Origin: Amoebidium appalachense
Lineage: Eukaryota; Protista; Ichthyosporea
DNA length: 64,000 nucleotides
Direction: 5' to 3'
Assembly: GCA_963693365.1 (NCBI GenBank)
Contig: CAVNZM010000010.1
Coordinates: 2,728,001 to 2,792,000 of the forward strand
Shown here piece by piece: positions 28,025 through 38,794 of this stretch. Made by a program: the position numbers and the translations under genes. How positions within the stretch are numbered: the first letter of the stretch is position 1; each line of letters opens with the position of its first letter. The notes under the pieces are model-generated. The model had not been told where the DNA came from. It searched no databases and worked only from the letters and a program-made list of their open reading frames with translations.

Positions 28025-28176
28025 ACACTGACACGGGCGCCTTTGCAGCCGAAGGGACTCTGCGAGAGCTGCAGGGGCACATTGTGGACTTTCCGTATGC
28101 CTTCCTCGAGGATGAATACCTCGGTCCTGCTGTGGGCACGGTCGAGGGTCTGGTCCCTGCAAAGACCTTCACGTAG
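11713..28176 (+). CDS. PLD1: Phospholipase D1/2-like (PX-PH-HKD1-loop-HKD2), >30 exons
   Basis: Spliced motifs: PX-like exon ~13725-13943; PH ([23 protein letters not shown]); FVDGRDYF; [13 protein letters not shown]; HKD1 [26 protein letters not shown]; WVGKDYSNP; PRMPWHD; [10 protein letters not shown]; HYIYIENQFF; HKD2 [12 protein letters not shown]...[17 protein letters not shown]; C-terminus [14 protein letters not shown]...[11 protein letters not shown]1 vs PLD2 orthology cannot be resolved. Confidence 0.95.
14093..14337. mobile_element. piggyBac-type non-autonomous element in a PLD intron
   Basis: TTAA on both sides (14089-92, 14338-41); termini CCTCTTCGGGCCGG and (rc) CCTGTTCATACCGG, 10/14 match with the CC...GG ends typical of piggyBac; AT-rich interior. 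Confidence 0.7.
17985..18330. repeat. ~28-32-bp intronic minisatellite (GTGTGTGCCTGCATCTGGGGTGTATGGTGGT)n
   Basis: About 11 visible copies starting just after a PLD donor site. Confidence 0.9.
22312..23872. repeat. ~1.5-kb intronic minisatellite built on the unit CAACCAGGTGYGTTAA...
   Basis: Alternating ~26-28-bp subunits; the unit reproduces the preceding PLD exon/donor junction. Confidence 0.9.
24085..24302. repeat. ~39-bp G-rich intronic minisatellite
   Basis: (GGGTGGGTGGTGATGGTGGGGCATGTGTATTGGGG) x5-6. Confidence 0.9.
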
Positions 28177-29258
28177 CACATCTGAGCGCATGAATCGAGC
28201 TATGGTTATGGTACTGTAGCAGGTTGAAATTCAAATGTATGGAGATATGTTGTTGTGAATGACCCCTTGAATGTGGCCCATATAGCATGTATGCTGAAAG
28301 AGGTAACAGGCAGCCGAATGTTGTAACCAAGTGGGTTGGGCACAGACCCTCCACCTGGTAGATACTAGAATGAAAGGGTGTTCTGGGCACACCCTATGCA
28401 CTTGGCAGGTATTAGAAAGATCAGTCCTGACATGGTCATAGGCCCGCAGACGTCATGATGCCCCTGCAGGCAGGGTGCAGCCCTAAGGGCGGTTTATTGG
28501 CAGGACCAATGTGGGCCCTGGCTAGAGTACACACTATGTATACTAGGCATATATGACTGACACTACGGAATGTGGTTGCTGAGAAAAAATTAGACAATCC
28601 ATACAGAGAAAAAATACGAGACACGTATACTGATTGTTTCTTTTCATACCAGGCCGAGAATCCCCACACCAGTTGCATATTCACCCATACCCGCACTGCT
28701 CGCATAAATGGAACCGGTGTCACACCCACATTTCTTGCATATTCATACATACCAATACTAAACGTGCCAATGGTGTGGGTACACTTGCATATTTGCACAT
28801 ACGCTTAGTACCGCCCCCACACCACTATGACACAGGCACGGTAGCCCTACATTGCTCCAACCCCAGCAGCAGACCCCCGGCCCCCTCCAGTAAAAGGCCC
28901 ACAGGCCATCCTCCCTCCTGTCTGTCCCTCGTTGGGGCCTGCCCCCCTAACCACCTATCCTTCCCACTCGTGCACGGTGAGTTTTTGCCCTCCTCTGCTG
29001 CCGGGGCCGTGTGCAGGCCCTCCACGTGTTCCCCCCTTTGCCCCTTGTGTGTTGCTGCAGGGGGGCCACGACAGCAGCCCTTCCTGCAGCCCCCCAGCCA
29101 GGGTGGGCCAGCACAGACCGGTTGCTTGCTGCCTGTCTGCCTGCCCAATGCCCCCAATACGCGCGCACTTTGGCCGGTAGGGTGGAGGTGCCGGCGGGGG
29201 TCCCTGGCCAGGTGGTAGCTTCTGCTTTGCTGGCGGTGGGGGTGGAGCCATCGGGGGC

Positions 29259-29631
29259 CTAGGCCGGGCTGGCAACAGGGCTGCAGGCAGCACCGCGCCA
29301 AGCCCCCTCCCGACCACAGCCCAGGACAGGCACCAAGGCCCTCGCAGGCTGCAGGCGCTTGGCTGGGGGCTCACCGTCCGGGCCTGGGGGGCAGGGTGGC
29401 CGAGACCGCTTGAGGGCTGACAGTGGTTGGCCCTGTGGGGGTGTTGGTGAGGGTCGGAACACAGAGCAACGACAGGGAGAGTTTAGGCACAGCTTGAACT
29501 AACAGCCTTTCATACAAAGCCAAGACGGTGTACAGCCCTCAACCAGAGCAGACCAGGGGGAATTTATGAAAACAGCGCCATACTGTGTGAGAAAGAATAA
29601 GAAGTTATTGCAGCAGCCTTTCCCCCCTCCC

Positions 29632-29666
<35 letters not shown>

Positions 29667-29972
29667 TTCCCCCCCGCGCCACCCACCCCCTACCTTGCGC
29701 CCTTTCTGTTTGCGGTCCAACACGGCCAGGGGTGTGTCTGTGCTGAAACCCAGTGCCCTGTGCACACCACCTGCCCCCGTCACCAGCAACCCAATGTTTC
29801 CCCCAGCAGGCAGCCGTGGGAAGGCCAAGCGCAGGGCCTTTGAGGCGTGCACCAGGGTGGTGTTGAGCAGTGCTAGGCGGCGCAGACACGGGGCACTGCT
29901 ACGACCCATGGCACGGCGCTTGCTGAGGGTCAGCTGCTGCATGTAGGCAAGGCACCGCCCACTGGCGTCCAT
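29259..29972 (-). CDS. Two-exon small protein with an N-terminal SERTA-like motif and basic NLS-like segments
   Basis: Exon 29694-29972 (AAG|GTAGGG donor) and exon 29259-29432 (CCCCACAG acceptor) join in phase 0. The sequence MQQLTLSKRRAMGRSSAPCLRRLALLNTTL resembles SERTA (SLxKL...EPxLRRSVLIxNTL); KRSR and PAKR segments follow. Confidence 0.55.
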
Positions 29973-30869
29973 GGTGCTGCCTGGGGAGACAGGGTGTTAG
30001 AGCACTGAGTAGCACACGGCACAGGGGGTCAGGCAGGGTGGTGCGTGTGGGAGGTACCCGCAGGCAGGTGCACACTGGCCCCGGGCCAGCGGCTCGTGGC
30101 TGGTGGTGCCCTTCAGCAACCCGGCAGCCCTGCGCCCTGCAGAGACTACACAGACAGCAAAGCAGCAGCGAACTGGCCAGGCAGCATAGCACGTGCACCA
30201 CACACACTGCTTACAAACCACACTGACCCGCCCCACATTCACACAAGCAAGAGACACCACGTGCACTCACGACACCTACCGTTCACGCCCCGTAAAAACT
30301 ACCCTGCATTACAAGTGCAGTCAGAACAAGAGGCTAGCAGTGCGGCCATCCCCCTTCCAGCCCCTTCTTTCCCTCCCACGTCTAAGCCTGCAGGCGCAGC
30401 CTGTAATCTTGTGGACCACTGAACTTCAGGAAAACGTCAGCATGCGAACTGCAGAGCTGAACTGCAGCCTGTCATAGGTTGCTGGATGCACAGGCCTACT
30501 TTTGTCATAGGCTGGATGTGAGCGCCACGGAAAGATTGCGGCTTCTCGTGCATCGGACATGAAGCCATATGGCATTTATTTCTGCTTGCTTATTTGTATT
30601 TTAAAACTTAAGCTATATATATCCAATAATAGAAAGTATAACTCTCGAATATAGATAAGCCGAAAGTGCGAATTCCTGGCAGCCCAAAGTCGAGTCACTC
30701 CATGAATGGAGACTTGGGTGGCAGACTGGCAGGCAGCCACAGCAGCGCGCCGAGTGTGCAAGTACAGTACATGTTTATGTACGCGTTTGTGGTTTGCCGA
30801 ATACAACGTATACACAGCTCTGGCTGTAGCGCGTGGATGGCCCTCCCCTTTGAACATTATTAGAGCCGC

Positions 30870-30991
30870 CCCACAGCTATAAGCGCGCGGCCGCGAGGGC
30901 GAGCTCCTGAGTCCTGACGTCACCGATGATGTCCAGCGGTGCGGCTCATGACATCAGCCAATGGGCATCGGCTATTTCATTTTGGCGCGAA
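30870..30991. promoter_or_regulatory. CpG-rich promoter-like cluster: CRE, CRE-like, CCAAT and E2F sites
   Basis: TGACGTCA 30915-22, TGACATCA 30949-56, CCAAT 30958-62, TTTTGGCGCGAA 30980-91; about 0.9 kb upstream of the SERTA-like ATG, which has a splice acceptor 8 nt upstream. Confidence 0.55.
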
Positions 30992-31947
30992 CCAGGGTAA
31001 GCGGTCACCTATCCGCCGACTGAGCGTGATTAGTCGAGATTAGCCCTATGTAGTCAACCCCGTATCATGATCAGTCCCGGTCAGTCCCGACTAGTCGGTA
31101 TCAGTCATGCGCTTGTCCAGGGTCACGTTGGAATATTCTCTTGACTGGGATTTATTGATCAGTGGTCCAGTGGATATGAAGGCAACGTGCAGCCACAGGC
31201 TACATGACCTCTAAAATAACCGACTTCGAAAGAGCCACAGCGATGAAATAAAAAATAAAACAACAAGTGACCAAAGGACACCAGCAGGCAAAGGTACAAG
31301 TGCACGTGTATGTGTGAAACTAGTTTGCTCCAAATAGTCATATGCAGCGATGATGACCAGCCTGGCCACACTCCGCAAGAAGACATATTATTACTGCTGC
31401 CGGCCCCCAACAGGCCCCCCTCAAAACCTACCGGGGCACAGCAAGCAAGTCAGCCAAATTTAAAGAGCAATGCAGACCAAATCCGAGCGAGAAAACAATC
31501 ACCACCGCCCGGTCCCCTAGAAAACCCGCAGAAGCTGTCTCTAACTCTTTGATAAGGTGGCCTAGTTGTGGCAGGACACACAGGAAAACACAACTACAGA
31601 ATGCATGCAAGCTTAACCCAGTCATTGCCATACTGCTGAAGGCTGAAAACACGGCAGCCACAAGGAAAGCTCCTCGACGACCCAGTAGCTACCCCTCCAC
31701 TCACGCAGCGCAGAAGCAGTTGAAGAAGTTGCAGCAGCCCACCGTCAATAGCTCGCGTAGACGCATAGATAGCGTGTAGAAGTCACCGTAAGTTGCAGTG
31801 GGCCACCATCGATGTCGAAGAAACCGGTTCTCTTCAAGCGAGAAACTCCGCGGAAGGGAGATGTCCCCACACTCTCACAGCAGTAGGAATAGACAAGGCC
31901 GTACTACACACACACAGTGTCACGTTCCCCTGAGTGGGACCCCTTCC

Positions 31948-32165
31948 CACCACAAAAAAGAAAAAAAAGAAAGCCTTTATGTACCTGCCATGGTGAAGAA
32001 TCGGGGAAAAAAGTTGACTCGGTGATCATGACAGCTAAGAGACCGAAGGAAAAGTGAAGTCCCACAAAAAGAAAAAACGAAAGCCTTTATATACCTGCCA
32101 TGGTGAAGAATCGGGAAAAAAAAGTTGACGTGACAGCTAAGAGATCGAAGTAAAAGTGAAGTCCC
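31948..32165. repeat. Imperfect tandem duplication (~105-115 bp x2)
   Basis: ...GAAAGCCTTTAT(G/A)TACCTGCCATGGTGAAGAATCGGG...AAAAGTGAAGTCCC occurs twice. Confidence 0.85.
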
Positions 32166-32733
32166 GGTATATTCAGGCTTAAGTTATCGTGCCAGATCAT
32201 GTTAGAATGGCATGCGAAAGGGAGTTTGGACCGATCGCTCATTGGTGGGGCTTCATGGACAGGAATAGTCAGACTAGATTTGATTGGTCGGCTCCGTCAG
32301 AGTAACGTTACCCAACGTGCCTAAAACGCGGCAACCGGGTATATACCTCGTATTTTTGTGATCTTGGTCACACTTAATATTAGTCCGACTCGACAAGTTT
32401 CTTCTGCTGTGCATAGTTGCGATCGGACTTAAATCAAATTAGGCTTGGAACATAGCCAGATACCAGATAGTGCAGACTAACCTGGGTAGTCGGACTTATC
32501 TGAATGGACCCCCTAGTATACAGCCAGATATTAACCAGATTACTACAGACTAAGCCGAGTCACCCGATTGTGAACAGATTGGATGATTTGCCCACATTGC
32601 CCCCCCCCCCCCCCTCCCCCCCCCCCCCCCCCCCAGCCCTGCAAGAAAAGTGCTGACTTACGGCAAAAGTCCCTACTATTCTTGCCTGACTAGCAGAGTG
32701 TACACACTACAACTAACACGTACCTGGGCACAC

Positions 32734-33113
32734 TGTTGGAGTGCAGACTTACGCTCACTCCACAATATGTGTATGTTAGCTTTACAATTGGTTCCGTGTA
32801 CACAGACACACGCTGACACTCGATCACCACATGCACATCTGCATAGTTGAGGAATGTTGCCAATTGTGTTTTGACTGCAAACGATTGGTTCACTGGAGTC
32901 CCAGAGATCTCTAAATGAAAGTAACCAATCCGATTAGCGCCTGGCATCCGGATTACATTCCAGACTGCTGCCCCACGGGTATATAAGCCACGTCTCTGCC
33001 AGGTGCAGTCATGGAGTTCAGTCATGGAGTTAACACACTGAAAGCAGTAAAAAACGGGTCAGCGCCCAAGCGCGCCACGACGACCCTAGTCACAGCGGAC
33101 TCTACTTCCAACA
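32734..33113 (+). mobile_element. Solo LTR (380 bp)
   Basis: TGTTGGA...TCCAACA termini, perfect 5-bp TSD CACAC, CCAAT boxes and GGGTATATAAGCC TATA. Confidence 0.8.
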
Positions 33114-33206
33114 CACACATGCATATGAATGAGAGTATATGTGGGTGATCAGGCCACTAAACTAACAGACATAAACACGTGCAGAGTGGTGCTGGGCAAT
33201 GCACGA

Positions 33207-33805
33207 TGCCACAGCACTAACAGAGAGGGTAGTGTGGAGAGGTAGAAACACAGTCGCATGTTCTGTCAATCTACGTCTAATTTATTATGGTCGATTCTCA
33301 CCTATTTATCTGCCGCAGGCAGATTCCATGAATACAGATCTATCCAAAGGTATTTGCGCATCTGATTGGCAAATACTATGAATACTATAAATCTGACCAA
33401 TCATATAACGACACGTACATGAACGGAAATCAAACTGCATTCCCCTCATACGGTCCAACCGCAGACAAAACACCCGACTACACAGAAAACATGAATTTTT
33501 AAAGCATGCACGACAATCGTCGGATGCGTGCTTTCATCTCGCTATCGCCAATAGCTAAATAAACTATGAATACCACACGTGCCTAATGAATAACAGAGGG
33601 CAAACAAGAGCATGCCGGACATGCTTATGAAATAAAGGGAGATAAAGCACAAATAAACGATCGTACCTAACTATGTATGCTATGTGCTCGTGCAACCTGT
33701 GTAAACCAAAGATGAGCAACTAATGAAGGATGATCGTGCTGACAGTGTGCACGTGCGTGCGAAATGCATATGCCAACTCGTGCACTATTGTTGTACATTC
33801 TGGCA
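33207..33805 (-). mobile_element. Probable 3' LTR of the Copia element
   Basis: On the minus strand a short purine tract (AAGGGG) precedes TGCCA... and the segment ends ...TGGCA, with AATAAA near 33280. No 5' LTR copy is available for confirmation. Confidence 0.4.
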
Positions 33806-35602
33806 CACCCCTTACAACATTAGGGCACGAAATACTGCAACACAAATTTTTTTTTAGCGAATAAATGTGCACCAATAGAAATTAGCGAATAAATATTAAC
33901 GAAAACACAATCACTCGCACCCCTTGTTCCATAGCCACGAATATTCGCTCACTTCTTCTGCACCTTGCGCGATGACTTGTCGCACGTGTCCATGCCCACC
34001 ATCTTCTTGCAGTTGTTGAGAGCTGCACCCCCGAGTGCTTTGGTGAGCATGTCTGCCGCCTGCTCATTGGTCGGCACGTACACAAACCAAATCATTTGTC
34101 GCCGCGCCGGATGTGGTGGCGAGTGAGGTGGTACTTGATGTCGATATGCTTCGTGCGGTTGAACAACTCGGGGTTCTTGGCTATCTTGATGCAGGCCTGG
34201 TTGTCCTCGTGCAGGATGGTGGGGCTCATCATGCTAATAGGAGGGAAGCCGCAGGCGGTAGTCAGTTTGCGCAACCACAGGGCCTCCTTGGTAGCACGGG
34301 CTGAGCTCACATGCTCGGCCTCTGCGGTGCTGTCTGCCACCACGGTCTGCAGCTTGGATGCCCACAAAATGGCACCCCTAGCAGCAAGAAACACCACACC
34401 TGTCGTTGAGCGGCGGTACCGGTTGTCTGGGTTTCCCGCCCAATCAGCATCCACGTAACAAACAACCTGCCCATTGGTGTCCGTGCTGGTGGACCGGCGG
34501 TAGGTGATGCCGTGGTCAATGGTGCCCTTGATGTAGCGCAGCACACGTTTGGCGGCGGCAAGGTGGGCCTGCCCGGGGTTGCTGAGAAATCGCGCAAGCA
34601 CGCTCACAGGGGCGGCAATGCCCCGGGCGGGTCCACACGGCCAGATACATACTGGCAGGCTGCCGACAATGGCCTGGTACACAGCTGCATCGGTGGCCAT
34701 TGCTGCCACCTCCTCCCGGGTTGCTGGGCACTGGGTCTTGCTGAGCTTATCCAGTGTCATGGGTGTGTCCACAGGCTTGCAGTCAGCCATGCCGTAGCGC
34801 TCGAGCACCTGTTGTGCGTAGGGGGCTAGATGGATCTTGATGGCGCCAGTGCTCAGTTTGTTGATCTCCACCCCCACAAAACTGCTGCCACCCTTCTTGA
34901 TGTGGAAGATGCCCGAGAGCTCCTGCTCCAGCAAGTTGCCATCCTCCTCGGTAGTTACCTTGCACACCATGTCGTCAATGTGCACCACCATAAGCTGCTT
35001 GTTGGTGCCCGGGCTGTCTGGCCTGCATCAGCAATCTTCCCCCCCATCGGAAACCCCTCTACGACGTCGACGACGGGTTCGGAGTCGTTCACGATACCTG
35101 AGTGGCTGCGTTTGGTACCCTCGAGATTTTGATGGATGGAAAAGCTGAAAACCCATCGTCGACGTCGACAAGCATATTACAGGGTAATAAAGAGGTCCAC
35201 TGATTTCTCGACCCTCATGTGTATATGCCAACGTCATCCTATGGACATGCTGTGCATGCGTTTACACCGTCCATTAACCAAAAGTAGCACCTATTCCAAT
35301 GCTATAGATGTGCTATGGACGTCGTAATCCTGTTCTACGTATGTATACTGTGTAGGCTAACATGATGGGTATCGTCGACGTCGAAAACAAAGCATACTGT
35401 GAAGGCGATTCTGAGCATTTTAATATGAGGTTTCCGACGTCTGTAAACTAATAAGAAACGGCGAATTCTGCAATAATAAATACTGTTTTTATAATGTATA
35501 AGTACAATAGTTTTATGTATTTATATATCATGATATTATATATATATATATTGGAGTTTTTATAATGTATAAGTACTGTAGTTTTATGTAAATATATATA
35601 TA

Positions 35603-35660
<58 letters not shown>

Positions 35661-36119
35661 GGGCTAGGGGTGTCATGGGAATGAAAACATGGTTTAGTTC
35701 TAACGTGAAATGTACTAATGTACTACGGGAAACATGTGCTTAGTAATACCGACTGGAATATTCTACCCAACATACAACCATACACGTATGCATGAGAATG
35801 GGAAGGGGGAAGAATAAATGAATAGAAAAAGAAAACAGTGTACAAATAGTAAACAAATAAATAAATAAATAAATAAATAAATAAAAAATAGGATTGGAGT
35901 GGATTCGAACGTACCAAAAGCACCTTATGCATGTGCATAGCTCCCTCTTTCAACATATGTTAGTGTATGTTACGACGTCAAGTCTATCATATATTTCTCA
36001 TGCATTATACCTCATGAAGCCCTTCTATGCATCCGTATACAACATCTTAATGTGTTTTGTGATTTTTATAGTCGCCGACGTCCATATGACGTACACAAGA
36101 CTAAGGATATACACATTTC

Positions 36120-38180
36120 CGTCTATCTTAACAGTCTTCCCCGACGTGTGTGAATGTTCCTGCCCCCATAATGGGCGCCCCCCACCTCCCCCACAACCTA
36201 TAACGTGCATTTTATGCTTGCCCCATACCCCCTTCACACCCATACCCAGTGTTTTTGGTGCACACATGATCCTCGCAAACACTCCTTTTTTCTCGTAACC
36301 ATTGGTATATCTCGTGCCCGGTTTGTGCAAAACCAACGGGAACGGGTGAAAAAGATGCCCCACGGCATGGCTCTGCTTTGTGCAAAGAGGTGTTGTCCCC
36401 ACATAAATCCCCACACACCTATTAACATTCGGGTGGACCCCCTTTCCCCCTTCTATTATCATTTTATAACCGGGTCCCGCAATTATCCCTAATCCACTTA
36501 ATAAAATATTGTCATATCACAGGCCCCTTTTGTTCAAAACCAACGGGGACGGGTGCAAAAGATGCCTCACGGCATGGCCCTGCTTTGTGCAAAGTTGTGT
36601 TGTCCCCCCATCATTCCCCACTAACTTATTAACAGTCGGGTGGACCCCCTCCACCCCACTATATATATTATATATATATTACGCAAAAGTCGACATTTTC
36701 GGCTATCTAAACAGGCTTCCCCGACGTGTGTGAGTGTTCCTGCCCCAATATTCGGCACCCCACACCTCCCCTACAACCCTAAACGTGCATTTTATGCTTG
36801 TCCCATACCCCCTTCACACACCTACCCTCTGTTTTTGGTGCACACATGATCATCGCAAACATACCCTTTTTCACGTAAATCTTGGTATATCACGGGCTCA
36901 TTTTGTTCAAAACGGACGGATAAGGGTGCAAAAGATGCCCCACGGCATGGTTCTGCTTTGTGTAAAGTGGTGTTGTCCCAACATAAATCCCCACACACCT
37001 ATTAACAGTCGGGTGGACCCCCTTTCCCCCTTCTATTATCATTTACCGCAATTATCCCTAATTCACGTAAATATTGTCATATCACAGGCCCCTTTTGTTC
37101 AAAACCAACGGAGACGGGTGCAAAAGATGCCTCACGGCATGGCTCTGCTTTGTGCAAAGTGGTGTTGTCCCCCCATCATTCCCCAATAACTTATTAACAG
37201 TCGGGTGGACCCCCTCCACCCCACTATATATATATAGTGGGCAAAAATCGACATTTTCGGCTATCTAAACAGGCTTCCCCGACATGTGTGAGTGTTCCTG
37301 CCCCAATATTCGGCACCCCACACCTCCCCCACAACCTGTAACGTGCATTTTATGCTTGCCCCACACCCCCTTCACACACCTACCCTCTGTTTTTGGTGCC
37401 ACATGATCATCGCAAACATACCCTTTTTCACGTAAATCTTGGTATATCACGGGCCCATTTTTGTTCAAAACGGACGGATAAGGGTGCAAAAGATGCCCCA
37501 CGGCATGGCCCTGCTTTGTGTAAAGTGGTGTTGTCCCCCCATCTTTCCCCGCACACCTATTAATGGTCGGGTGGACCCCCCTTTCCCCCTTGTTAAGTCT
37601 TTTACATTATGATCCCTAATTCACGTAAATATCATGATTGTCATATCACAGGTCCCTTTTGTTCAAAACCAACGGGAACGGGTGCAAAAGATGCCCCAGG
37701 GCATGGCCCTGCTTTGTGGAAAGTGGTGATATCCCCCCATTCCGACCGGTTTTGTTAGACCCCCCACACAGAGAAACTGCCTAATGCAAAGTTTGGTTGT
37801 GCTCCCAACAATCCCCTGCATGTTATTAACTGTTGAATCCCCCCCTTTTCCCTATGTATTATAGCGCATTTTGCCTAATATGGATGTACAACGGTTAATA
37901 ACTTTCCCCACATAAATGGGAAGACAGTCCGACCGGTTTTGTTAGACCCCCACACAGAGACACTCCCTCATGCAAAGTTTGGTTGTGCCCCCATATGCAT
38001 CAATCCCCTGCACGTTATTAACCGTTGAATCCCCCCCCCCCCCCCCCCCTTTCCCTATGTATTACAGCGCATTTTGCCTAATATGGACGTACAACGGTCA
38101 ATAACTTTTCCCACAGAAATCGGGGGACAGTCCGACCGGTTTTGTTACATCACCCACACAGAGACACTGCCTAATGCAAA
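36120..38180. repeat. Higher-order tandem repeats: ~560-580-bp units x3 with an internal twice-repeated subunit, then ~190-200-bp units x3
   Basis: CTTCCCCGAC anchors at 36136, 36716 and 37274; TCCGACCGGTTTTGTTA anchors near 37741, 37928 and 38131. Confidence 0.85.
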
Positions 38181-38185
38181 GTTTG

Positions 38186-38794
38186 TGTCGTGTAGTACGT
38201 CCTCGCGTGTATACGAACTACTCTAACTATCTGCACGCTTGAAGGGGCTTGAAACCGTGTATACGTATAAACTTTTCTTTGAGTTGGGTGGGAAGCGAGC
38301 CTAAACGTGTTCTTAGAAGAACTTCGAAAAGCCCGCGACCCCGAGAGACACTTCACAGACACGCGGCCCACTGGCCAGACAAATACCACAGTGACATTCA
38401 GCCAATCACAACACTCCCTCCCCCACAGACTACACGCACTCCACACCATTGGCTACCGCCACCTCAGACACCCCTACAGCACTACAACACGTACACACGT
38501 TTACTCACAATACATATAAGCATACACACACGCGAGCAGGCAACATGGGTCTCGCCAAGCACACAGCAAGAAGCAATACAACATTTAACATGGAGAGTAC
38601 GCAGAGGCATGGGGCATGCACGCGCGCACCAAACAATCAGCCGCCGCTGCATCAGATTCTCCCCATACCACTGAATAATCTCCTCATACTCCACTTAGAC
38701 CCCGGCATCACTATGCAAGAAAACCCCCCGAAATTCACTCACCAAAACACAAAATATAGAAGCAAACTAATACGAATCAGCCCAGCACATGACA
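38186..38794 (-). mobile_element. Solo LTR (609 bp) nested in the satellite
   Basis: TGTCGTG...CATGACA termini, perfect 5-bp TSD GTTTG (38181-85, 38795-99); it interrupts the repeat unit GCAAAGTTTGGTTG. Orientation is inferred from CCAAT/TATA order. Confidence 0.85.
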
